Assembly: GCA_977017645.1 (NCBI GenBank)
Contig: OZ360223.1
Location: 215,574,001 to 215,638,000, forward strand
Origin: Torpedo marmorata
Taxonomy: Eukaryota
Length of the DNA: 64,000 nt
Reading direction: 5' to 3'
Part shown: piece by piece, positions 37,450 through 48,729 of the stretch
How positions within the stretch are numbered: position 1 is the first letter of the stretch
How the letters are laid out: every line of letters starts with the position of its first letter
Translations under genes and position numbers: made by a program
Notes under the pieces: model-generated
What the model was told of the DNA's origin: nothing
Databases searched by the model: none
The model's input: only the letters and a program-made list of their open reading frames with translations

Positions 37450-37790
37450 GTCCCCGCCACCTCCCCAATCGCGGGTGTAAGAAAAATCAAGAGTCGCTTC
37501 CAACAAATGCTGCAAATTTTGCGCGCCCGATGTTGTGGGACATATTGTGACGCCCTGCACTTCCCGTCCAGCATCTTTTTTTGCACTGAATTTGTTTGGC
37601 CCCTCGCTGAATAGTTGCCTATTTGCTTTCCGATTCAGCCTGCGCCTGCCTTGCTCAGGGCTCATGCGGCTCCGGAGTTGCTCAAATCCATCGCGCATGC
37701 GCCAGCCGGCACTCGCGCATGTGCACAAGAATAAAGATGGCCGCGCCTATCCAACGGACCCCGGGACGCCGACTAATAAAGTAAGTACAC
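37450..37790. promoter_or_regulatory. CpG-rich promoter-like segment near the hAT 5' end
   Basis: NRF1-type GCGCATGCGC (37693-37702) and GCGCATGTGC (37715-37724). YY1-type AAGATGGCCG (37734-37743). Confidence 0.5.
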
Positions 37791-38784
37791 TTTTGCACAT
37801 TTGGCCCCTACACACCGGACGTCTGGCCACCCTGACTGTGCCCCTCTGAGGTCTGCGCACTAGACGGCTGCCTAGTTCGCCTAGAGGTAGCGCTAGCCCT
37901 GGCGCTTCGGGCTGTTGTGCGGGACCCTGCACTCGGGACAGCGGCTGTCGCTCTATCACGTCAAGCTGACCGACACGGCACTACGGGCGCTGGAGGCTTA
38001 CCAGCGATGACTGAGTCAATGAGTCAACGGGACCGGGGGAACCGGATGGAGAGGATCGGGTGGCAGAGGGGGTCTGGGAGCGGAGGGTGATCAGGGATCA
38101 TGAGGGTATCGGTCTCCAGTCCCCGGCCCTGGGACAACCTGCCTCCGCTACCCCGTGCGGGCTCGGCAACAGGTTCCCTCCCACCATCCGCCGCTGCTGC
38201 TTACTCACCGCCAAGCACTGGTAAGCCTCCAGTGCCCGTAGTGCCGTGTCGGCAGCTTGACGTGATAGAGCAACAGCCGCTGTCCCGAGTGCAGGGTCCC
38301 GCACGACAGGCCGAAGCGCTGCTCCTCGCTTCATAATAAATATAATAAGTGAATAAATTGTTGTAGCCTAACTGTTAGTGCCAAAATGTCCAGCGCCAAA
38401 CTTCATTAAAATCAAACAAAACTTTACCTTACAGAAGCCGTCTGCTAACACTGAATAATTTGAAAAGTCTGTTAGTTACAAAAGGAAAAATAAAATCAGT
38501 TCTAAACACAGTCTCGATACAAAATAACACAGGAGAAGGGAGAATCGTTTTTTAAAAAAGTAAACCTCAGTTCCACAGAAATATAGTGATAGTTAAGAGT
38601 CTTTACCTCCTGTGGACACTGTGAGACCTGCTGAGTTCTCGCCAGTAACCTCAGCCAAAGGGGTGAAATGAAATTACTCATTTACCCACGTATTGATTTT
38701 AAGACTTTAAAAATGTGTAAGATGAACACAGCACAATGCAACAAGCCACCAGATTAAATTTAGGACAGATCTGTGGGATGGGCT

Positions 38785-39060
38785 TCAGATTTCAGTTTTA
38801 TTGTCAGAGTACATACATGACATCACATACAACTCTGAGATTATTTTTCTGCGGGCGCGGCAGAATTACCACTTATTGGTAGTGCAAAAAAAAAACTGTA
38901 CACAGCGTATACATGTAAACAAATAAAGAACTGTAAACAGATAATGAATGTAAACAAACTGTGCAATACAAAGAGAATAAAAAATATCAATAAAGTGCAC
39001 AAGAGTCCTTAAATGAGTCCCTGATTGAGTTTGTTGTTGAGGAGTCTGATGATGGAGGGG
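38785..39060 (-). mobile_element. Rex1/Babar 3' end
   Basis: Colinear with 12310-12578. Confidence 0.75.
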
Positions 39061-39711
39061 TTTGCTTTGATGATCCCAATGAAAATATGGATAGTAAACT
39101 TCACTGACTTCAATTAATTCAATAGAAGTTGCACACAGAACTTCTGCATAAAATACAAAGCCAGGGGAATACTGGATGATAACAGAATCTGGAATTTTCC
39201 TTATTAACATCTGTTAAAATGTGCACAAATGAAAGGGATAATCTCCCTGGATTTAGTTGCCACCTCTGCTCTGTCATTGAGATTCCAATACATTGCAGTG
39301 ACTGAAATTTGGAAATGATATATGTTTATAAAAATTCAGATTTCAGCTGGGAATAACAGGACTTTTAAATCCATGACCCAAACATTTTAAGATGGTTATG
39401 GATAAGCCTGGACCTTAGTTGAGATTGCTAAATTGGTGGAAGGCTAGTTACAACAGTTTGGGTAGGAACTGGGGAAGGTAGATTTGGCAGTAGCTGCTTG
39501 GAGGTAAATCTACATCTGACAATGAGGGAGTCCTTTCAAAAGGTAATCTACATCTCAGGAGAGCAAGGATTCTGCTTCCTGGTCGAACTTGAGCCAGGTT
39601 TGAAGCTTGAATCACTCTTCTGATGGAGAAAAGCTGTATTGGCACGTTGAAAGTAATAGTGAATTCCACATCAGCATCTAGTGTCATTGAAAGGAAGCTC
39701 TGAAATAAGAG

Positions 39712-40035
39712 GTCCACATCACAGAAACAGGCCTTTCGGCCCAACTTGTGCAAGTCAACCAATTTACCTGCGATTGTCCCATATCCCTCTAAATCTTTCC
39801 TTTTCATGTACCTACGTTTCTTTTGAATGTTACAATTGTCCCTGCTTCTACCATCCACTGATTGGTCATTCCTTATATCCATCACCCTTTGTGTGAAAGA
39901 GGTGCCCCTCAGGTTCCCTTTATATTTTTCCTGTTCCACTTTAAATCGATGCCCTCGAGCTTTAGATTCTCCTACTCTGGACTTGCCCTGTCTATGCCCT
40001 CATGATTTCATATACCTATAAGATTTCTCTCAGCA
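39712..40035 (-). mobile_element. CR1 3' fragment
   Basis: Minus ORF KGNLRGTSFTQRVMDIRND...YMKRKDLEGYG with tail GGCCGAAAGGCCTGTTTCTGTG. Confidence 0.75.
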
Positions 40036-40134
40036 ACTCCTCCCACCTCCCCTTAGCAAGTTTTTGCACTCCAACACTCTCCTGGGCCCTGGTACTGCCC
40101 TGGTTTAACCTACCAAAATGCAACTCCTTTAATT

Positions 40135-40362
40135 TTTTAAAATTTAGACATACAGCACAGTAACAGGCCCTTTCGGGCCTTGAGCCTGTGCCTCCAAATT
40201 ACACCCAATTGACCTACAACCCAGTATGTTTTGAAGGGTGGGAGGAAATCGGAGCACCCAGGGAAACCCACGCAGACACAGAGAAAACGTACAAACTCCT
40301 TACAGATAGCACTGGATTCAAAACCCCGGTTGCTGGCACTAACCACTAGGCTAACCGTGCCG
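40135..40362 (-). mobile_element. V-SINE (HE1-like)
   Basis: Colinear with the other V-SINE copies. Confidence 0.85.
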
Positions 40363-42322
40363 TCCTTGCACTGGTCTGAGTTAAATTCGATAATGTAATC
40401 ACACATTTTCAAGGATCTCATAATGCACCTTTATGGTTGGTGGCAGTGTTGATTAATGAGGCCAAGTTGGCAGGTGGTGTGTGTGTGTGTGTGTGATGAT
40501 GATGCCTTCTGGCTCACTGCCTTCTGCGTATCTGCATAATGATCATGATTTATGATTTTTGAGGACCTGGTTAACATTAAAGATTGAATGCCATTAAGTG
40601 TCACAGAGTTTTAGTTATATTGTCTCCTATCTCACAGTAATGCAGTCCAAATAACTGATTCTACCCTAATTTGTTTCATCTGAGATTAAAGCAAGATTAT
40701 AACCATTAATCTGAGATCAAACCAGGAGTGGAAACTAATCTGAATCCAGCACTTGTATGATTACCGTACTTAAGTGCCAGTTTGAAGCTGAATGCCTTGG
40801 GGAAAATTGAAGTGCAGAGCTCAGAGTGAACAGGTTGAGGATTGTGGGGAAACTGGTGCAATAGGTTATGATCGGACAACAAATCCTGGCCATTTTATTC
40901 AAATTATTGTGTTTGGCCCATTTCTGACTTTTTTTTAGTTTCAATCATTATCAAGGTTAACCACTTTACAAATGTGAAAACATGTAGTTACATTTTTATA
41001 TTTCCAGACAAACATTGAACCATTTCCTGGACTGGTGCTCCCTTTCACTGCTGACCTCCAATTAACATTTTCAAGAAATTTCTTGTTATGTTGAACAGAG
41101 CAGACCTCAATCTTCTCTTTCCCCTTGCACAAAGATAAATATTACAATGTGTACTTAGTTCCAATTCTTCTTGCCTACTCATCACAAAATTGCCTCCAAA
41201 GGGTATCCACATGTGGCAAAGAGGACTGGAAACTGTTGTTTCTGAGGAAATATCAAGTAGAAAGAGACATACTCTTCAAGTTTCAAAAGATAAACTCATA
41301 ACATATAAAGGATCTGTAGGCCTTGACAAGGTAGAAGATGTGAAGATGTTTCTCTTGATGCGGAAGATTAGAATTGAGGGGGACAGTCTTTGGGGAAGAT
41401 GGTTGACAATTAGGACTGGAGGAGGAGTTTCTGTGAATATTTGTAATTACTGTGGATCTGAATATGAGGCAGACAGCAAGTGGTAGAAGTTGCATCAGAG
41501 AAATGCAAAGAAGGAAGTGATGTGCATTGGCACCATTGCACAACACAGGCTAACTATTACTTGCTGAATGTTGGTTTCATCTGTTGGAGGTGTAGAGTTT
41601 ATAAGATGGTACCTGTTTCAACTAGACAAATAATACATTGAATCTTACAAGCATAAGGCTGGGTTTGCCTTTCAGCTCTCAGTTAATGGCTTGTAGTTCT
41701 GAGACAGTTTTAGTTGTTAAAGAACAACTGCTTTCAACTGCTTTCATTGTCAAAGAGGGACTAAAACAGGTCAGCTCGTGTTGTGCTAAGCATCCTAATA
41801 TTTTAGATATCCAATTTAAATGCCAAATATCAGGCTTGTTAATCTCCACATCTTAATCCAGATTTTCAGGCACAGGGCTTTGACAAAAATGCATGTGAGC
41901 TGAAAGGGCTAATGCTGTCTCCAGGATACACATCACAAGGTCAGTGCAGGCCGGACTCCCTGCCTCTTTTTGGCACATAAACCACCTCATCGTTTCTACA
42001 GTTGGGCTACTAAATGAATTTTATATCTAATGTTGAAAAACTAAGGAGAAATATTTGGCCAGAGTCTTGCAGCACAGATAGTGCAGGCGCATTTGTCTCT
42101 GTCTCGATTCAATTAGCTCCAGTTCTTGCTTTTTCCTCGTAGTCTGCTGTGTCTTATGCTACATTTCACTTCCCTTGGGATTTAATCACCACTGCTTGTT
42201 AATCCTATTTGAACTTCAGGGACACAGAGGTTTAAATTCTGATGTTCTTGGCAGCATTAAATTGTGAAATAAATCCTAAATAGGATCATGAAGAGTTAGC
42301 ATAAACAGTTTGAAACATTTTC

Positions 42323-42560
42323 GGCACGGTTAGCGCAAAGCTGTTACAGCACCAGCAACCGGGGTTCAAATCCGGCGCTCTCTGTAAGGAGTTTGTACGT
42401 TCTCCCAGTGTCTGCGTGGGTTTCCTCCGGGTGCTCCGGTTTCCTCCCACCATTCAAAATGTACCAGGGTTGTAGGTCAATTGGGTGTAATTGGGTGGTA
42501 CTGGCTCGTGGGCCGAAAGGGCCTGTTACTGTGCTGTATGTCTAAATTTAAAAAAAATAA
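42323..42560 (+). mobile_element. V-SINE (HE1-like)
   Basis: GGCACGGTTAGC...GGTTCAAATCC...GTGTCTGCGTGGGTTTCCTCCGGGTGCTCCGGTTTCCTCCCAC...GGGCCGAAAGGGCCTGTTACTGTGCTGTATGTCTAAATTT plus A-rich tail. Confidence 0.88.
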
Positions 42561-42724
42561 AATTTAGGGAGAACATGGATGGGAATAGTGTGATAGAGTT
42601 TCCATTGATTTAGGCAAGTAATATTACAGCAGACCAGCAAATTGATCAAAGTAGAAAAAGATTAAACGTAAGCTGCGCTCAGCATTTTCATGACCTCTTG
42701 CATATTGGATCATGATTTCAATTC

Positions 42725-43403
42725 TTTCTTTTTCAATCTTTTTTATTGGTTTTTATAAGAAATACAATACAATGAAGAAAAGGGAACAAAACTAAAAATA
42801 CAATATCACATATGTATATATATTAAGATAAAACGTCAAACAGTATAAACTCGGTCTCCCCTCCACTGCAATGGGTGAAAATTAAAATAAAAACATCAAA
42901 AGTATTATATTAAAAAAAACACGCCACCTAACCACTCTAATAAAAAAAAGAAACAACTATAAAAAAAAACAGCTGAGCATCTTATCCTGAAGGTTATATA
43001 TATTTTGTAGTTTTTGGTTCCTATCGTAAATCAAAAAACAAAGATAAAACTATATCTCATCTGGAAGAGTAAAAACATCTAATCACATTAGAAACATTTA
43101 CATCATATGAAATGAAAATAAGACATAAAAGGTCACCATGTATCTTCAAATTTCACCGATGAATCAAATACATGATATCTAATTTTTTCTAAGCTTAAAC
43201 AAGAAATAATATGAGAAAACCATTGAAACACTGTTGGAGGTCTAGAGTCTTTCCATTTGAATAGGATGGCTCTTTTAGCCAACAATGTAGAGAAGGCCAC
43301 AACCCATTGAACACGTACAGAAAAACTCCCTATGTCTGGGTCAATAACCCCGAAAAGAGCAGTTATTGGATTGGGTCGTAGCTCCACCTGGAGTAGAGTT
43401 GAA
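42725..43403 (-). mobile_element. L1 LINE 3' fragment (second family)
   Basis: PNPITALFG...LLAKRAILFKWKDSRPP...LSLEKIRY...FEDTW. 14-bp TSD CATGATTTCAATTC (42711-42724, 43404-43417). Confidence 0.88.
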
Positions 43404-43599
43404 CATGATTTCAATTCATTGAAATTTCAATTCACTACTAATAAAAAGTGTCACTGTCCTGGTCGATAGTGTGTTTTCATCAACTTCACGTTGGGAAAGG
43501 CACTTCAAATTCGAATAACTTTCTTAGGGCCCAAGCAGATTTTTCAAAATGTTTTAACAAAATCATATTTAATTGATTGGGAAACAGACCAATTAAAAA

Positions 43600-44160
43600 T
43601 GTAAAGTAAAACACGAAAATCTGTAGACACCGTGGTTGAAGTAAAAAACACAAATGCTGGAGAAACTCAGCAGGTCAAACAGTGTCTTTTATGTAGCAAA
43701 GGTAGAAATACATAACCGACGTTTCGGGCTTGAGCCCTTCATCAAAGTGTAAATGATTTAGAACTTTACATCTTTTAGACTTAAAATCAGTTTATACAAG
43801 GAAGAAGGATTGGATATTCCTATTAAAATGCTTAACATAATCCATACTTTGCATTAATAAAACTGAATAATATTACTAACTTCATTGAAAAAAGAAAATG
43901 GTTGTAGTTTGTTAATCGAGTTAAACAAGAAAATCTGCAGACGCTGTGATTGTAATTTACACAAAAGTGCTGGAGAAACTCAGAAAGTCACGCAGTGTTC
44001 TTTATGTAGCAAAGATAGAGATACATAACCAACATTTCGGACCCGAGTCCTTCATCAAGGAATGAGCAAAATGTAGGTAGGTGGCTGAATAAAATGCACA
44101 GGGCCACAGGCAAAAGATGGATATGAGAGCACAAGATAAAAAGCTGAGAAGTGATAGGGG
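43600..44160 (-). mobile_element. Two Penelope 3' ends (43600-43750, 43925-44160)
   Basis: Reverse complements of 9685-9795, including the hammerhead-like motif. Confidence 0.8.
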
Positions 44161-44262
44161 GATTTGTTGTATTTTAGCCCAATTACACTGATTCATAGAA
44201 TAATTTTGTATTTGTGATCTGCAAAATAATTTATGTCTGACAATCTATCCGCTCTCCACCTG

Positions 44263-44450
44263 CTATAACAGCACCAATAGCCTGAATACGACTGGGATTG
44301 TCTGATCTCGGAAGCTAAGCAGGCACAGGACTGGTCAGTACTTGGAGGGGAGACCACCAAGGAACACCAGGTGCTGTAGGTTTCTGTGAGGGGCACATTC
44401 TAAATGTAGTATTACGTGACAATAATGGAACCTTTACATTTTACCTTTTC
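44263..44450 (+). mobile_element. 5S rRNA-derived SINE (SINE3) or 5S pseudogene with LINE-like tail
   Basis: GTCTGATCTCGGAAGCTAAGCAGG...CTGGTCAGTACTTGGAGGGGAGACC...GGAACACCAGGTGCTGTAGGTTT matches vertebrate 5S rRNA (A box, IE, C box) with substitutions. Followed by GTGACAATAATGGAACCTTT. Confidence 0.8.
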
Positions 44451-45094
44451 AATAGCTGGTACATTCAATTACACAAACTCCGCCTTTAAGCTTTGGATTT
44501 CCGTGTTTAGAGCAAAGCTGCCATAGTCAAAGTATGAAGTTTAAGATATTGGTAGCCATTAATATTATCTAAAACTAATCTGCATGAACAATTACAAAAT
44601 GTAAAACACAAGCAGTAATCAGTGTTGGAATTAAAAGGCTAGTTCGGGCCAACGTCAATGGGATCATGAAGTGTCAAAGAACAGAAAGGAGATCTGGAGA
44701 GAGACAAAAAAATGTGCATGTGCAGGAGTCCAGCTACCAGATGGGGTGGTGTAGTTTGGTGTGACAAGGTCACTGATCGTGGCACCTGGTTAGCCATAGT
44801 TTGGGATCATGGGTTCATTGGCTGAAACAGATTTAATTATGGGCTGCTAAACCTAAATGCTCACTCTTTTGACTGTTGAGGTTTCTGGCCTCATGGGTCA
44901 CAAACATATACCGACTGTGTCCCCAAATGTTGTGGACACTCAGAGCTGACCATGGGCACCTGTGTTATTGTAGCATGACCACTGAGGATGCTCAGTAGTG
45001 TGGGAGGTACCTTTTGGGATGCTAGGAGGAGTGGGTATACTTGTTCTAAAGAACTTCAGTGTGTTTATTTATAAAAGTGTGTGTACATGTGAAG

Positions 45095-45600
45095 GAGAAA
45101 AGCTCCAACTCCACCTTTAAGTTCACTGATGACATCACAGTCATGGGCCAGACATCAAATAATAGAAGCAGATTAAGAGCCTAATGGCCAGGAGAATGCA
45201 GCGCAGAACATCATTTAATCCTCCCTCCCCTCAATCAGCTCTATTTAAACTTTCCGCTGCCTTAGAAAGGCACTGAAGAACTCAATCCATCCCACCCTGG
45301 CCACACTCCTCCCTTCTCCCTGAAGGGGTAAGGTTTAAGAACATGAGATTGTGCACCAACAGGTTCAAAGACTGTTTCTTCCCGACAGCCATCAGGCTCC
45401 TGAATGAACCTCTTGATAGTGATCTCATGCTGCCCTTGCTATGTACTAATTGTTCCTTTTATTGGAACACTACACATTGATAATGTGCTCTTGCTCTTCC
45501 ACTTTGTACCTTTGTATGCACGTTCGAGTTGACTTGCTGGAATGCTCCTGAAATTAACCATTCTCACTGTACCAGCGCTAATGTGACAATAACCTTGAAA
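45095..45600 (+). mobile_element. Degenerate Rex1/Babar fragment
   Basis: AAGTTCACTGATGACATCACAGTC (KF.DD.TV), CACCCTGGCCACAC, TTCTTCCCGACAGCCATCAGGCTCCTGAA, tail ATGTGACAATAA. Confidence 0.7.
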
Positions 45601-46446
45601 TGGAATCTTTGAATCAAGATTCAAGAGGGTCAATAGTGTATGAATATTTATTGTTCAAGTGTGGGAATATTAATTGAGGGATTTAGCAGTATCATGAACT
45701 CAGTTGCACAAAAAGGGTAACTCATACATACTCTATAAACTTGAGAATGTTGAATGGGGGATGGACAAAGTCACCAATCAAACTTGTTTGTATATAAACC
45801 AATTTGTATGTAAGGCATAAAATGTCAATTAAAAAAACAATCTTGCTTTAAGATTAATGATTTAGAAATTATTACTCCCATCTTTAATTATTTAGAATGT
45901 ATTTAAATTGTCCATAAACTATTCTTTAATCTTTGTTTGCCTCTGCAAGCAGATTACACAGCTGTTGGTGGGCAAAGGATGAATGAATTATGATTATTTA
46001 AGCAACACAATTGCTTTGGGCAGACTCGATGGATCATTTAGTCTTTTCCTGTTCAATGTTCCATGTGTATATATAAAAAAATTACTCTGATGATTGAAAG
46101 CCACAATTTTCTGACTCTCAGCTCAGCATGGGCCATCTCATCAGCTGACAAACTGCGCTGTGGGAAGTAACAAGTATCAACCTCTTATCCTGGAGAGCTG
46201 CATATTGCCAGGAAGCTACAAGGAATTATAATAGCAGGATTACCTGGAGCAACACATGCTGACTCTGAAATCTGGAGGCTGCTGTCTTCAAAGAACACTG
46301 CACTGTAAATGTTGAATGAAATTTGCAGAATTAGTGAACCAATGATGACTTCATGCTTTTGAACAAAATGTTCCCACAGTAAAAAAAACTTTGAATATGT
46401 ATATTTTCTGCATGAAGATGCGAGTGAGATTTAGGTGGTGTACTAA

Positions 46447-46685
46447 GCTGTATTTATGACTTTATTGATTTCTTTTTTATTCTCTCTGTATTGCACAGTT
46501 TGTTTACATTTCTTTATTTGTTTACATGTGTACGTTGTGTACTTTTTTTTTTGCATTACCAGTAAGTGATAATCTGCCCTGCCCGCAGGAAAAAGAATCT
46601 CAGAGTTGTATGTGATGTCATGTATGTACTCTGACAACAAATCTGAAATCTGAATCTGAATAAATCTGAAAATCTGAATAAATCT
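46447..46685 (+). mobile_element. Rex1/Babar 3'UTR with (TCTGAA)n-like tail
   Basis: Reverse complement of 38785-39000. The tail repeats AATCTGAA. Confidence 0.75.
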
Positions 46686-48729
46686 CTGGTCCGAAAATCT
46701 GATATGATGTATTCCTTCTGTATTTTGAAAAACTAGGGGAAGTTAATATAAATAAATAATATTTATTTCATCTATCTTAATCTCATTTGTATGACCCACT
46801 TTTAACTTCATATTTTGTACAATATAAGAAATGTTTTTTTTGTCCTTACACTTTCTAATTTGCCTTGGTAATAAACAAGATTGGCTGCTCTGCTTGCTCG
46901 ATGACATTAATATTGCTGGATGCTAACGATCCACTAGACAGCAAAAATCAGTGCCAGAAATCTTTAGATCATTATGGCTAACTAATTTACAGAACTTGGA
47001 AGAACTACCTACTCTTCAGTTACAAAATCTGAACACCCCCACACATGTCCATTTTTATTCAGTGCATTTAGTGCAATAAATGAAGTTTCGACATCTTTAA
47101 GCTTGAATTGCACTAGCACTTGAATTATGGTATACTATTCACTAAAGGAAAATTCACAATGATCTTGTGCCTAAGTGAGTCTTATTTCCAGAGTCAAGGG
47201 TGAGATGCATTGCAAAAGTAGTCTGTTTTTCATGAGCATGTGGCAATTTTACCACAAGCAATTATGCACTTCTTCTAAAGGATATGAAGGGCAATTACAC
47301 TCTGTTTATTATAGTGGAGAAAGTGCGAGGTCAGTTCTCCATCACAGTAAGGGTCTGTTTATCTCTCTGAGTCGGTCAATTTTCAGGGCAAAATCCTTAA
47401 ATGCAATTGGTAAGAATGTCTTGACAGAATCTTTGACAAGTACAATCACTATCTTCCAGACATCACAAAACTCTGTCTCAAGAAACTCCACAAAATGCTA
47501 TAATGATTCCAAACAGACTAATCGTACGCTAGAATTAATTCCTCAACACCAGTTATAGTATTGTGAAACTGTGCCACAAATACATAGGAAGAGCAAGGGA
47601 ATTACTAACTTTAATGCAATTGATTGGGGACGGTATAATATAAGTTGGTCAGGAAAATTAGAATTCTTGAAACTAATGTTTTGTTTCAACGTCAAGTAGT
47701 GAAATATTAATTTGTGTGGTTTAGGCAGGTAGCCTCTTAATGTAACTAAACCTTAATCACAGAGCAACTGAATCATGCTTTCCAGCTTCATATGATAATC
47801 TACTATTGGAACAGTTGAGTATCTAGACGAGTTATTAAGCAATAGAAAGCTATGAACTGAGTGATAAATGAGATTAGTCAAAGGTAATTAATGTTCAGCA
47901 TGGACATGGTGGGTGGAAGAGCCTATTTCTGTGCTGTATGGCTCTGATCAAATCATACTTGGCAGCCTGATACTACCTCAAATCTCAGTATCTACAAATT
48001 ACAGTTCATGTTTCCTTAAGAGTTTCATGCATGTTATAATAATTTTTCATTTTTGGTGGGAATAAGTCTCAGGATGTAGGTGAGGGGTGGGGGGGGGAGG
48101 TTGATTAATGGTCATTGACAATTTCTACCAGAGGACTCCATGTTCCTACTGAGCAAGTATTCATAGTGAGTGTCTATAACTACCTTGCAATGAATCTCAT
48201 GAATTAAATTGAAAACTTTTGTCAATGTACTAAAATTGAAATTTATAGCTCAGATACTGGATTTTTAGACCAGTCCGCAAGCATTGAATGGCGTGTGAGT
48301 TTCTTCTCACCTCACAGCAAGTAATCCTATCTACATATCCCTTCCTTTATTCCTCATACACTTATCTACTTTCCTCTTGTATGTATTTACATTCATTGTC
48401 ATAATTATTTCTGATGATAGGTTTTACTTGTCTTTCTAACCCAGAGTACAATACTGCTTGGCCTCCTTAACTCTGATGGATGAGCATCAGGCTCAAGCTA
48501 TAAACTACCAGCCAAGTTTATAAAACCACATAGGTAAATAAATGTAATTACACACCCTGAACAGTACGAACAGAGATGGTTAAAAGAACTGAATGGGAAC
48601 TTTGTCTATCAGGATTATCTGCCATCATGTCCCCTCATTTGGTTCCTAACCATGATGCCAATAGCATTGGAGATATCCCAGAACAGAGAGGTATTAGAAA
48701 CAGTTACTTAGAAATTTATCCTCAAATAC

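Larger units (their letters stand above)
27585..37901 (-). mobile_element. Defective hAT DNA transposon
   Basis: Ends CAGGGCCGGTGCCA and TAGCGCTAGCCCTG form an imperfect TIR. Perfect 8-bp TSD GCGCTTCG (27577-27584, 37902-37909). A hAT dimerisation-domain ORF lies inside. Confidence 0.88.
27388..38400. mobile_element. Fold-back (long inverted repeat) MITE, host of the nested array
   Basis: Left arm 27515-27584 plus 37910-38004 is the reverse complement of right arm 38218-38384. GGACATTTTGGC motifs occur near both outer ends. Outer limits and superfamily (MULE-like?) are uncertain. Confidence 0.7.

Noticed and set aside
37285-37728. 147-aa ORF as hAT transposase N-terminus
   Set aside because: No BED/TTF zinc finger or other transposase motif is visible, and it does not connect to the C-terminal remnant.
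44263-44383. Functional 5S rRNA gene
   Set aside because: Many substitutions, a degenerate 5' end, no T4 terminator, single copy, and a retroposon-like tail.
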